The notes beneath the pieces are model-generated. The model saw only the letters and a list, made by a program, of their open reading frames with translations, was not told the origin of the DNA and ran no database searches. A DNA stretch of 64,000 nt, from the NCBI GenBank assembly GCA_964252035.1, contig OZ176202.1; one strand, 5' to 3'. This document shows positions 1 to 33,290 of this stretch, in pieces; the stretch's first letter is position 1, and each line of letters begins with the position of its first letter. The position numbers were made by a program, and so were the translations under genes. This stretch comes from Podarcis erhardii. Its lineage: Eukaryota.

Positions 1-1559
1 AATCCTAAACACAGTTATCAGAAATCAAATCCAATTGAATATAAAGAGACTTATTTTTGAGTCAATATGCTTAGGATTGTGTTATATTCCGCTATCCCCA
101 ACAAGCATAGGAAAATTATAAATCAAAAGAAATATCCTAAAACTCTTCTAAGGTTACAACTGCAAAGCAGCAGAGCAGAAATTAAAAGATGATGAATTGT
201 GAGGTAAGCCAAAGGCTAATAGACATAAGTATTTAAAATTTATTTGGGTTTCATACCTATAAACAATCAGAACATTAAAAATCAATTATGAAATATTTAT
301 ACTTCCTAAATAATCTATTTAATTTCAATATCCCCATCTAAGAAACTGTTCCTCAGATGCTTAGCTGAAATGATTTTCAAACTAGCAGAATTTCTGAAAA
401 TCAAAGGCCAAAAGAGAAGTGAAGTACTTTGGGAACCAAAACAATTACAATTGCAACCAGTGTCATTATGTGCGTATTTACTCAGAATGACTCCACTATG
501 TGTAGTGGGACTTATTTCCTAGTTAGGTAATTTATGTTGCAGCCTCGTATATGGACAACTGCTTAACTACTTTTCATTCCTGTATAAATATTGCTCCTTT
601 TATTTTATTTTTGTTTATCGTACCTATTCCCATATACACCTGTGAAAATGGACACAATTATTATTTTCCAAAGGACAGGTTACTTTAGCCATTTGATGTA
701 TGACTAGCCTGTTTATTAACACTACTGATTTCTCCCGAAATATATTTCAAGTACCTATACTATTGTTTAGTTTCAAACTTAGCATGGTCCTACCTTCCTA
801 TTCAATCCACAAAGAACTAAGCTCCCATAACCCACAAGCATTCTCTGCTTTTCTAAGAAAGAATAATGACCAAAGAACCTGAAAATAAATTCCCAAAAAC
901 ATGTTGGGCAACCCTACCATTAGGAAATGAAGAGTGCGCCTTAGGCAACTGCTTTTAAGGGTAATGGAAGGGCAGCGAATTTGTAGTAGTCTGTTATTGT
1001 TATTATCTTCCTACTGCCAGCAAGGGGGGTGGAAGAGGTTTTTCTGGATTTTCTGTCTCATGTTCCAAAATCACTGAACCAGCCTTATGAACCATAAACG
1101 GAGGGCAGGTGTACCACTTGCTCCTCTACCTTAGGCAACCTCTTAGGGCAGCTCTAAACTTACTGAGACGTCTTACTAAATTAAATCACTCCCAAGTAAG
1201 TGTGCATAGGCTTGCGTCCTCCGTGACTTTTTTGTGGGGGGGGGGGGAAGCCCGCCAACTTTGGCTGAACAACTATGCCTTTGTGTTAGTCCTCCCCTAA
1301 CCAAAACTGTGCTTGCAGGTACAACTGTTGGGGGGATGCAAGAGGTTGCTAAGGCCCTGGCCCAGCGATGTGAGAGGTCTTTGTGCACTTCGGGAGCGCG
1401 AAAGGAAGGGTCGCCTTTCCTGAAACCTGCAGGAAAGGTGACGACTGGAAGAGACCAAAGGGATATATCCTCCGTTTGTCACCACTTCGGTGTGTGGCTC
1501 AGGCGAGCAAGCGAGCCGTTGCCATGGCCGTGAGGAGGGGGGATAAAGGGGAGGGCGGA

Positions 1560-2340
1560 CTAATATTCCCAAGGCCCGGTCCTTAGGTCGCTATGCCGGG
1601 CAAGCCTGCTCTGAGCCGGCTCGGCTCCGGCTCCCCACGGACGGAGACCGTACCCGACTACTGCGGCGCGGGGACGGCGAGCGGCGAGAAGAGCGGCTGC
1701 TGGACGGCGAACGGTACCGGCGGCCTCGCGGGGAAGGCGAGCGTGAGCGGCGCGGGCTCCGGCCCCGCGTCGAACCGGAGGCACCGGAGCGGGAACTGCG
1801 CGAGCCCGAGCTACTGCTCTCTTTGGACCGGCTGGAGGAAGACACGCTACTGGTACGGTACATGGCGCTGCCGGCGGTGGTAGTAGTGGCGGCGGCGGCG
1901 GCGGCTCAAGGAGCCCCGGAGGCCGCCCGCCCTCACTCCTCGCCGAGGCCGCTCCTCCTTGCTCCTCCTGCTGACCATCCTCCCTCAGCACGCTCCATTC
2001 GTGCATGCGCGCGCGCCCCGGACGCAAACGCAAGAGCCTGAGGTTACAAAAAGCTTCCTCGGGCTGCCCCGACAAAATGGCGGATAGGGAAATAGCGGTC
2101 ACGTGCCGCGTACGAGGCCGAGGGAAGAGGCGGGGTTGGGGGGGGGGAGATGCGTCGCGAGACCATCAGCGAGCCCTGCGAATGGCGCACGGACGGACGA
2201 AATGGCGGGGGGCGGGCCCTGAGTCACGTGATAGGGAGGAAGGTAAGCGCAACGGGAGGCGCTCCCCAGTGTAAACTGCAGTGTTATTAGGCTGCCCGCC
2301 TTATTAGGTCCAATCTCCGCCTCCCATGTGTGCGCTAAAT
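1560..2340. promoter_or_regulatory. CpG-island promoter of ZNF318a, possibly bidirectional
   Basis: Very GC/CpG-rich. YY1-type CAAAATGGCGG at 2073-2083, E-boxes GTCACGTG at 2098 and GAGTCACGTGA at 2221, NRF1-like GCATGCGCGC near 2003, and a possible plus-strand donor AG|GTAAGC at 2243. Confidence 0.7.
1654..1863 (-). CDS. ZNF318: ZNF318 (copy a) coding exon 1, Ser/Arg-rich N-terminus; remaining exons lie left of the window
   Basis: GCC-ATG at 1863 gives MYRTSSVSSSSRSKESSSSGSRSSRSG...RSPSPRRSSR (70 codons), then donor CGG|GTACGG at 1653. Resembles the recalled human ZNF318 start (MYRSSARSSVSSHRPK) and its phase-0 end at ..SR|. Lies head-to-head with ABCC10 as in the vertebrate synteny. Confidence 0.8.
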
Positions 2341-4799
2341 CTCCCCCTGCCAACGTCCTCTGAGCTTAATATGTCTGCTGGAAAAAGTTTAGTAAACTAA
2401 GGAGGTTTACCTGTTAGCAACGTGCGGAGGGGAAGCGTCACCTGTTGAATGCATGCCTGTGACGCGCTTCATTCAGGATATGAATTTAGATGCATGGATT
2501 CAATTCTAGTGAATGATTTCTGATCAGTTTTTAACTGTTGTTCATGGTGATGCTGTTCTCGTTGCTGATTTTAGTTTTGTGTTTTCTTGAATTGTTTTAA
2601 TATCGTATGCAAGCTGCTTTGGGGACCATTCACGGGCAGCATAGATGTTTTTGAGTAAATAAACAAAATACTTCTGAATAAACATTCTTAAGAATACCAT
2701 TGGTCACAGAGAAAGTTTGATCATAAAATTTATCCTTATCTTCAGTAATATCGCGAAAACAAGATAAGGTAGAACAAAGTCGAATGTGAAGGGAGTTACC
2801 ATAATTCAAAGGCTAAGGAAGTCATTGGTAAATGACGAATCTCTAGTAGTGTTTAACCACCTGTTTGGAGGTTACTATATATCATTAAAATGCAGTGAAG
2901 ATTTTAGGTAAGTGTCAATTACTTTTTGTGTTGAATTTTCAGTTGAGAGGTCTTCTGGCCTTTTTATCAGGAATTAGAAGACAGTGAGGAATGACAGGCA
3001 AGTTTCACCAGCCAACTGATTTGTTGTCTACTTTGCTGCATCACCTTTAGCCTCTGGGATGGCAGGCAGATAATACCCACCAACTAAGCAAATTTGGCCC
3101 ATGGGCTGCCAGAGCTGTAGCATTTTGCATGCAATCCTGGGAATCTTGAGGTAGAGCTGGGAAGGTGTTCTGTCTGAAATTCTGGAAAGTCATTGCCTGT
3201 CAGTGTTGATAGTACATACTAAGTTAACTGGACCAATGGTCTGAATCAGTATCAGGCAGCTTCCTTTGTCCCTGTCTCTGAACCCTACTTGACATTTTGC
3301 CTTTGGGGATTTTTGAAACAGAAGCCAAGTCAGTTATTATAAAAGAGATCCATATGGATCATCATAGTACTTACAAAGGACCCCCTCAAAACCACCATCA
3401 AATCATAGACTACCTCACACATATGTTCTGTGATTTGGTGGCTTTGTTGTCAATAGATGTAAAAATCATGAGGATTCTTGCCTTGGATCAATATATTTTT
3501 TTGTAGTGCTGCCGAACACTAGAGCTGTGATTTATGTTCTGCTCTATTTCAATAATTTTGTGTACACTCTAACTCTCATGATCCACTGCCCTGGAGGGGT
3601 GGGTGGGATGGTTGGTGGACTCCCTCTGCCCAGCCCAGAAGGTTGTAAAGTCAAACTATGGGAAAGGATCTCAACATTACATAACCAGCAACGCGATTAA
3701 TTCACCCGCTGCCAGCTTCTGCTCGCCCTGCCAACATGCCGAGACACCCTCCCACCCTCTAGAGGACGCTAGAGGGAAAGTAAGTTGGTTGCAGCAGGGG
3801 AACGAAATGCCCATAGACGAAAAAAAGGTATAGAGCAACATACCTGTGGCTTCCTGTTTTTGGAGGGGGCGGGGCTTTCATTTTACAATGAAAACAGCCT
3901 CCTCATTCAGGGAAGCGCAGGTCAAACTGGGCTGGGGTTTGATGGGGGCGATGTAAGTGACCACTCAACTGACATTTGCTTTAACGCGAGGTATGTTTTG
4001 AATGGGTTGTCTTTTTCTGTTCTGCATTCTGTTTTCCATACAATTGTGTGGAGCATTGCAGCTGACATAGAACAGCGGCGCGGGCGAGTTCACATGAAAT
4101 ACCTGTAACGTGTATTGTGATGTCGTTGCTCTCCTATCTCTCTGCTAGGCATCCCTGACGTTGCATTTTGCCAACAGGTGATAAGTTCTCAAAGCTGTCT
4201 ATGAAATACTTCCCGAGTCCGAGGATAACAAACGTTGCATCCAACGTTAGTTACACTCAAACTAGACCCGCTGAAATGAGCAGGCACATTAATTTCAGTG
4301 GGTTTCCTGAAATTACAGCCTTGGATACAGCCTTGGTCTACATAACAGGGTTGCTGTAAGCCACACTCTGCCCGTTTCACCTCTTGCAACAATGAGACAA
4401 TAAGGTACTGTATTGCAAAACTGCTGTAGATCACTCTCGGCCACTCGACCTTGCACTAGGAGGATTTAACAGCAGGCAACCCGCAGTACGAGCACAATAA
4501 ATCTCAGCCTCCCCGCTCCTGCTTAAATTTTAAAACCAGCCTAACACAATACGCACACGTGTTGGTGTCGTTGCAGATCCCACTTGGGTTATTCCTTGCT
4601 TTCGCTTCTACTTTAGTTTGCTCAGTTGGCGAGGGGAGAGACGGGAAAGCACAGCTGTGATACAATCCCGGATTCCCCTATTGTTTCCTATTTAGCAGCT
4701 CTCACTTTCACGTTTCCGAAGTATGAAAAGGCAAATCAAAACACAGTGGCAAAAATAACCAGGAAGCTCAGCGTTGTATTTATTTATTTATTTGCTCAT

Positions 4800-5300
4800 A
4801 TGGAAGGAGCCGGCTTTGGAGTTCCGGTTCTGCCGCTGAGTCAAGGTACTGCCTGGGAAAGAAAGGGCTTCGGTGGGTTGAACTATCCCGTCTCTGGGTA
4901 GGTCGACCGAAGCCTCCGTGAGGCTGGGGACCGACTGGAGGAGAGCGCCGGAGAGGAGGCTGAGCGGAGCCACTCGGCTTCTCCCACCCGCTCACTGTGC
5001 TTCGTAGAGTAGGCTTCCGCCTCTCCTATGTGCACCCACAGCTCCCTGGAGGCTCTTTTGCACTGCTCCGTTGCTCCTACGGAGGAAAAGGCATTTGCAA
5101 CGTGCAACGGAAATTTTATGGTCACGTTTCAGAACACACGGTAACGATAAACTCCAAGCCTTCATGTCATTATCCATCTGTCCATGCTAAGTCGTTGTGC
5201 GAAGGCGAAAGCCTTCCCCCACACCGGGCTTTACCGTGAGTTTGAGGCCGAGGCCATGATTTCTAGGCATCGTTCACACGAGGTTGCCCTCAATCGGAGG
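4800..5300. promoter_or_regulatory. Second CpG-enriched patch, candidate ABCC10 promoter or non-coding first exon
   Basis: Local CpG enrichment about 1.3 kb upstream of the ABCC10 ATG, ETS-like TTCCGG near 4821 and a donor-like AAG|GTACTG near 4845. No transcript evidence. Confidence 0.3.
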
Positions 5301-6262
5301 CGCCCTGCCTCCTTTTAAGGATTTCCCCCATCCTTAAAAAAATCTGAAAAGAAACTCAGCTGCCCAAGCAATTCTGTTCTTGCCTGGCTGCCCTTCATTT
5401 TAAGGTAGCACCAGAAAGATCTGTGCGATCTGAGGAAAGCCTGGGAGGAGGCGAGGGGTAGGAAATCCGTAGTTTGTGTTTGTTTGCAGAGTGGAAAGGG
5501 AAAAGAGGACCTTCCTTCTGCTTTCTCACTCCCAGCCATTCACTGAAAACTGGAGAACCCACATAATAATAATGGGGGTGGATAGGCAGCATGGCTTTGA
5601 CTTTGATAGAGGATGGAGGTTAGTGCTTGTATGAAGAAGCAGCACTTTGGAAGCCTTAGGTCTTAAAGGAGAAAATTCTACTTGGCTGTTTGGTTTGTAA
5701 AACAATTGATTGCATTTAGGATCCTGCCCTTGTATGGACCTGCCCTGAAAAGATCTAAAAGTGTTGGCAAATCACCACCACCTCATTTCAGTACTCATTG
5801 ACAGTTTCAATGAAACCTGCAGTAATGGAGAAGATTCTGTGAAAATGCATTTCTCTCAAAGGACTGACTACAGCCACCACTCCTGCATCCTGGGATGGGG
5901 GGATTTTTATGCAGGTTAGACCTGGATACCTCTTTACCATCACCCGTCATGTTGGAAACTTTAGCAGGTGGTCTCCCTCTCAAAAGTGCCAACGTACAAG
6001 ATTTTGTATTTTATGAGATTAATTATGAATTTTATTACTTTTTCCGACAGCTGGAAAAATGGTAGGTGGAATTAATGTGTGTATCTCATTTTGCAGTGCT
6101 TGTATAAAGAAGAGAAGGAAATATAGTGGTAAAAGGGTTTTATTCTTCATTGCAAGAATGTTCAGGTTGTGGCATAAATTACTTCTTCTTTATGCTTCAT
6201 TCATTGTTTCCCTGTCTTTTCCTTTAGAAACTCTTGACCGTTGTACTTGTTGCTGACAGAGG

Positions 6263-26867
<20,605 letters not shown>

Positions 26868-27232
26868 CCTCCCTGCAGAGACACAAACACTGGACAATTG
26901 GTACCTCACGACTGGGAATGTTCCCCTCTGCAATGTGGGACCCTTTCCTGATATCCGCAGCTTAACGAAAGATGCACTCCACACACGGCTGAGAGTCCAG
27001 CTTACAAATTGAGAACAGGTGACAGAACATTCTCTGTCCAGGACTGCCAAGGGCTGCAGTTAATCGCTCCAACACATCTCGGCATCAAGAAAGAACCCTG
27101 TGTGAGACCCTGGAGAGCTTGCTACAAGGCCATGTGGGCAGTGTAAGGCAGCTGAGCATTTAACACCGTGTCCTTCCCCTGTCCTGACTTTATTCAAGAC
27201 GTCCCCACCCTGTCCCAAGTGGCGTGGCCTAC

Positions 27233-27363
27233 CTTGGTCATAGAACCTGCTTGGCCAGCCACTTCGGCAACTGAATTGCCAGGGTTAGCAGCAAGTCCCA
27301 TGGCTACAGTCTGGCATCCTCACACATTGTTTGCAGTATTCCTCTTCCCAGCCTGTGTCACAC
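27233..27363 (-). pseudogene. DLK2: DLK2 pseudo-exon (degenerate duplicate of the exon at 63318-63448)
   Basis: Same 131-nt length with intact AG and GT. Translates CDTGWEEEYCKQCVRMPDCSHGTCC*PWQFSCRSGWPSRFYDQ versus [43 protein letters not shown] (26/43 identical). In-frame TAA at 27287-27285 and two EGF cysteines lost. Flanking intron sequence is also homologous. Confidence 0.9.
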
Positions 27364-29946
27364 CTACAAAAAGAATACAGGAGGGTCAGAAGAAGAAAAC
27401 AACAATATCACAAGTAGCAAAAATAAGGAAAGGGGTGGGCAGTGCCATAGGGCATTAGCTTTGCACTAACAGTCACAGTCTCAATTCTTGACGATGCTGG
27501 GAGCGAAGGGAGTTTCTCTTGCATAATGTAGACAAGCGCCTCTCATAAGAATGCTAGAGTTCTTGCAGAAAGCAACAGCAGGCAGGTGAGAAGCGTTTAA
27601 GTGGGTGGAGCCAAGCATGGGGCAAAAGGGAGCTGTGGGGAAGAGGGAGAATTTGGGGTGGGGCTTTTGCGCATCAATCAACCAGGAATGCCTGTCTAAT
27701 TCTTGCCTGGGGACAGTGAGAAAGGCATCTCCATTGAACAGATATGTGGATAGAAGCACAGCAGGGTTGGGGGGGGGGTACAGGGAAGCACAGCCCTGTT
27801 GTTTTTAAATAAAAATAATAATTTTGAATGAACCTCTTCAAAGGAAGTACAAACTCAATAAACAATATTCAAAACTTGGGTTACACGTCTCTCCTTCATG
27901 CAGCAGTACATAAAGTCAACCATACCCAATTCTACTGCAGTCTGTTCCTGTTGTCATCAGGTGTGGAAATCTCTAAAGAGAAGGAAAAAACAGCCCTTAT
28001 CCTCCAAATCTGCAATCTCTGTTAGTGTTCATGTATGAAACAAAGGGAGACCATTTCCCCAGGAAGGTGTCTTCTTGTGTTTTATTCTTAGCCAACCTAA
28101 ACTTGGTACATAAGCATTTCAGAGCTCTGGTACTTTTTTCAGTATGGAAGCAATGATGTCATTTGACAGAAACTCCTTGTTCCAACAAGTGAATGACATG
28201 ATAACAAGGTTTTCTGGGGTTTTTTTTATATAAAAAAAGTTAGATCAGCATAGAAGCCACAAAGAGGAAAACAATCAAAAGAGGCTGGGTACTCTCTCCC
28301 CTCCTTTTTATGGGGTTCCTATTTCCCATTAACAATTGAAATTAAACTGTGATTGATGCAAATGATGTCTTTCTCCACTTTCCCAGATGAAAAGAGGCAT
28401 GCTCTCTTCCACCAGCTGCAGAATGGCTGTATATACCACTAAAACACCTGCTAACTGCTTTGTTTGACCCTGACACACACCTCAGAAACCCCTGCCCTTT
28501 GAGTAAACTGATGGGTTCTGAACAATATCCTAAGGCAATAGTAGGCATATGTCAAACCCCAAACACAGCAACCAGCACTGGCATGTGGTGGTGTTGGAAT
28601 GCTGTACATGCAATATTATGCCATATTATTTGGCTGATTTTTGACACGTAATCAGCCACGCAAACATGATCTTGGTAACTCATTTGAAATCGAAATATGT
28701 CAGTGTCTTATCAAACTGTATCCCTGTCCTTTGGAACTTGTCAGAGGGATGGTATAACTGGCTAAGGGCACTATCTAACACAATAATGGAAGGAAAGGGC
28801 TTTTGGAAGTTTGTGCCCAATAATCAGTTGGCTTACTGCCCAGTCAGAAGTTCAGCAAAACGATTAAAATTCCTGCAGCAGACAAACTCTATCGGAGGTT
28901 GTTTTAATTAGTAAGCACAAATGCACACACTCGATACTGTTGCTTCAAGAAGGGTTCTCTCTCTGAGCCTTGAGAGGGTTTTCAGTCTTTGCTTCAAGTT
29001 CTCAGCAGATCGAAAGTCCAAAGTTGCCAAAATCCTGCAACTTCCGTCTTCTGTTTCTTCTTTGCAAGTCTTTACAACTCTCCCCAACAACCCTTCACCA
29101 TTCTCCGCCACCACCACGAAATTCTGTAATGACAACTTCTGATATAGACCAGAACTGCATGCCAGTATGCACAGCGACAGAGATCAGACAAGTACGAGTA
29201 ATCTGGGGGGCAGGGGATCCTTTTCTACCAACTCATGGAGAATTAACTCATGACTTAAAAAGGTCCACCTGACCCACCATCATACAAAGGACAAAATACA
29301 TGACTTGGCTAGCAACTTGAGGTGGTGACCTTCTGTAAGCGCAATAAATATGCAAAGTTTTCAGATATACGGACTCCATATGAGGATCTATTTGCTTGAA
29401 TGAATGAACCTGGGATTGATCTGGATGACCAGGTGTGCCCCCCTCCATCAAAAAACTACACACAGAAAGTAGGGTTTTGTTTTATTATGGTTTATTACAT
29501 CTTGTCTGATTACATTCCCCATTTCCCTTAAAAATATAATATTTATACAACTACAAATAAAAGGACAGGAAGCTGAGATCCAAAAGGCCCCCAGACCAAG
29601 CAGAAACCCTGCTACGAAGTTTAAGAGCCAAGCACAAGAAGCAAAAATGGGAAATGAGCTTTAGCACAGAGGTGTGGTCTCTCTCAGATTCCTTCACTCC
29701 ATGATACCCTTTGCTTTATGACTGCCTATTTCTCTCTCTCTCTTCATTTCTTTCCATCCTATTTCCCAACTAAAATTGTGCTGCATGTGGCTGGGGTCCA
29801 ACCCTTTGTACTACGTCTTCTGTACACCACTTAGAGGTGACGGCAGATTAAGTGGTATATAAATTGTCAAAATAAAATACAGTTTTGTATTGATGAATGA
29901 CAGATTGGGGGTAGAAACCTGCAGAAAGCTTTCCACTGCTTTAGGG

Positions 29947-30219
29947 CAGGGGTTGGCAAGGTTTACCGCGCCTGGGCCGGTTCACTCCAGCGGAGATCCC
30001 TCCGCGCCCATGATTTCCAGTGTCTGCACAGGTGCAATTTCCAGCGTCGGTGCAGATGCGATTTCCGGCGCCATGGAAACGTGTCCCCGCGCTACGCTGC
30101 TTTAGTGCAGCGTGCAGGGACTCGCCAAGTGGGCGGCTCAGTTCAGGGGCGGCTCATGGGCCAGTTAAACAACCCCTGTGGGCCACTTGTGGCCCATGGG
30201 CCTTAGGTTGCCAACCCCA
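29947..30219. mobile_element. hAT-type MITE
   Basis: Ends CAGGGGTTGGCAA ... TTGCCAACCCC with a GC-rich interior; no clean TSD seen. Confidence 0.6.
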
Positions 30220-32848
30220 CAAACATTCCATCAGCTTGTATTTGGACATATGCCGAAGACCATTGTATTACAAAGAGTTACATGTGATGCTCTGCAAATT
30301 TTCCCTTTGAACGTCCTCAAGAGGTGCACAGGCCTGGACCTAGCACTTGCAAGAAGTTACACTAGCACAGCTTTGTAGAGATCCGTAAGAGTTAATCACT
30401 GCTTGCTAGAATCAGCACTTATTCTAGAAAGCCTATCTGACCAACAGCGTGGGAGATATGGGACCATGTGTCCTTTGGAGGCCTGGCAAGCTGGATCCCC
30501 ACACATTAACTCAGCCCCACACATTAACTCAGTGCTGAATAGAGTAGCAGGTGAAGATCTTCACCATCACATCCCTTTATAGTCCACCATTTGTTCTGAC
30601 TGTTCTGACCATGCAGACAAGGCCATGGGAAGATGACATCAAGCACAGGTGACCAAGCGTCACCAGCATTCCCAGATATTTTCCAACGTGCAAGCCCAGT
30701 TACAGGCAGTAGGAATCTCAGTGCAGACCTATAAGGATTCAACCCATTGTTTGCCCAAAAAGGGAAAGTGATTCTCCAACCATAGATGGAGCTGTAAGAT
30801 GTCCGTTTCCTCTTGCTTTGTTCCTTATTTAACTCAGCCTGTAAATAAAGCCTGTTAATGAGCGACTTTAGTGGTCACCATTGTCCATCTTTGGCAGAAC
30901 ACAGCACAAGCATTTCTGTTTGCCTGACAGAAAGAGCTGCCCCTCCCTTCCTGTGTGCTGTTCTGGGAGTTTCCCTAACTCTCCCCACCTCCAAGTCAAT
31001 TTGGGGGGGGGGCAAAGGGAAGGCAGGGGAACTTATTGCACCAACAGGAACCTTGCACTGTCTCCTGCTAGCTACATAGTTGAATTAGAACTACATGGTT
31101 GAATGTCCTCCTCAAAGGGGTCCATTCTTCTGCCGTAGGACTATAGCTTTGTCAGTCTTCCTGGATCTCACAGTTCTTGCACGGATCGCTGCCCTCCAGA
31201 CAGTTAGTTCAGCCTGCTTCAGAACTGAGCCAGACTTGGCTTGACCAGTTTGCTTCCATTCTGTTCCATGGCTCTCCTGTAGACCCTATGTTCACAGCAA
31301 AAATTATTCCCCCCAAATGTGAACTGAACAACTCAGCACCTTCCAAAACAAGTTAACACCATGGGTGGACAAACAACCATTGGCCAAGTGCAGAAACCTA
31401 CCCAAGATTTTGGAGCTGAATTGCTACTAGATTGGTACTCCATTCCAGCCTTATAAAGATTCAGAAAGTGTGTATCAGACTCAAAGTCTACAGTAATTTT
31501 GCAACATCCTTCCATTATCTTTTGCATCTTGCCTCTGCCTCTATTGATTAACTAAAAGTCAAACACCTCTGGCCATATCTCCTTCCAAAGCGCACTCATC
31601 TAGCAAGAATTGGATTCAGCAGCATGTTAATGTGAAATCTCCTACCATATTTGATGCACCTCCCGAGTAAAACCATGCTTTTACTAAACACATATTCCAA
31701 GAGTCTCATGTATTAGGATTAAATTATGTTATCAATGCATGTTGGCAGATTTACTCAATGACTCACACAGGTCTTTTCCAAGACAGAAATGATGTTTATT
31801 GAGCACACCAAAACAAAATATATACATCCATTACAGAAATGAGGAATAGCTCAGCAAATTATGCCTGCCAACATATTCATTATCAAGGAGAGGATCAACA
31901 AACCAATGTCCCCTCCTTTGAGACCTCTTAAACGCATGTAACACTTTAACTAAATATCCAATGACACATCAGAAAGTGGCAACATGCTATTGTTGTTTTT
32001 TCATCGGTGTCCCCTCGCTTTTTGTGTAACATCCAGCCTGATCGAGAACTCAAAAGGTTTGCTACAAAGAGGATTGTAAAAGCAAGAGGGATTTCCCCCT
32101 TGCTGCGATACCTCTGGCTGCCTGCTTCTCTGGAGGTAGCTGAGCAATCCAGCTTTGCTCTTGCTCCACCACAGCCCAAGGAGGTGTGACTGAGTCAGGA
32201 CCCAATTAGGGGGCAGCACACAAGAACTGGAGAAAGCTGAGGTTTCACAGCAAGTACAGAGTTGGTTGGGGGCATCAGTTAGAAGCACCTCTCTGCCATG
32301 CAAATGGCTGTGTCCTGATGACTTCTGATTGGCTAATGTTGCCAATCACAAGGAAACTCTGGGTGAGGGATGAATGTCCTCTCAGGCTATTTTCAATGGA
32401 AATTGCTAAAAGCTCATTCTCCAAGAGAAGGAATTGCTTGAAAAAACTGTGAGCTGCAGATCAAAGTGGGACCTAGCAGCACAGTGATTGCTGACTGGAT
32501 GCATGCATAGACACCTTGCAGCTGACTGGCCAGTAGAGCTAGAGACTGAAAATCGACTCCAGTGAGACTGATCATTATGGTCGATGCTGGGGGCAGGGTA
32601 AAGACGTAGGAAGTTCTGGGTTTATTTAAATGACTTGTTTCTTTTCCGTTTGAGCAACGTAAGAAAAGATATAAAAACCCACACCCTCACCAGAGCACAG
32701 TCTCATTTCAAAGTAATTCAGTATCATGTAAATATTTCCCGTCAAATAAAAGTGTCCTTCCATAAATCTTCATGAGCTGTAGGTGGTCTGTAGTCATGTT
32801 CTGTTGTCAAAGCATACAAAAAAACCAAAACCATGTAGTATATTTGAT

Positions 32849-33290
32849 TTAGCATTGTTCCTCAGGTCTTGAAGTTGTTGTTGCCTTTTCTATTAAAATT
32901 AAGTCCCAAGCTTGCATAAACCACACTTCAAACAGGTCAGCATTTGAAGTTCTCCAGTGTCCAGCAATGGTAAGCTGTGCTGCCACGATAAGGCAGATAA
33001 GAAGATCCATTTGAGTAAGGTCCTGGGCATCCGCCGCAAAAATGGAGAGAAGAGCAATCTTGGGGTTCAAAATAATCACCTCTAGAAGTGCCTTCATCCT
33101 AGATCGCCAGAAAATAGAAGCCCTTCTTTTGGTTGTTTGAGAATATGGGCACTGACCTCTCTTACTTATTTGAGTATGGACTCTCAAAAAAACATTAGAA
33201 CCTGAACTCCTTCTTTGAATTGCTAGTAGCTCTCTTCTCTCAATCACATTTCTCCAATCCATTCTGTCTCCTATACCTTCAAACACCTAG
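32849..33290 (-). mobile_element. LINE-1/Tx1-like ORF2 C-terminal fragment
   Basis: ORF contains NPKIALLSIF..LLICLIVAAQLTIAGHWR..W...W..ILIEK, a pattern typical of squamate L1 ORF2 ends. Confidence 0.55.

Noticed and set aside
1591-1863. Small single-exon SR/RSRP1-like protein (also 52263-52583)
   Set aside because: Both ORFs run past a conserved CGG|GTACG donor into intron; downstream exons and synteny identify them as ZNF318 first exons.
27233-27363. Alternative exon of a functional second DLK2 gene
   Set aside because: In-frame TAA, loss of two EGF cysteines, and no downstream DLK2 exons before ABCC10.
30498-30532. Two-copy 18-bp direct repeat CCCACACATTAACTCAG
   Set aside because: Simple local slippage duplication with no further structure.
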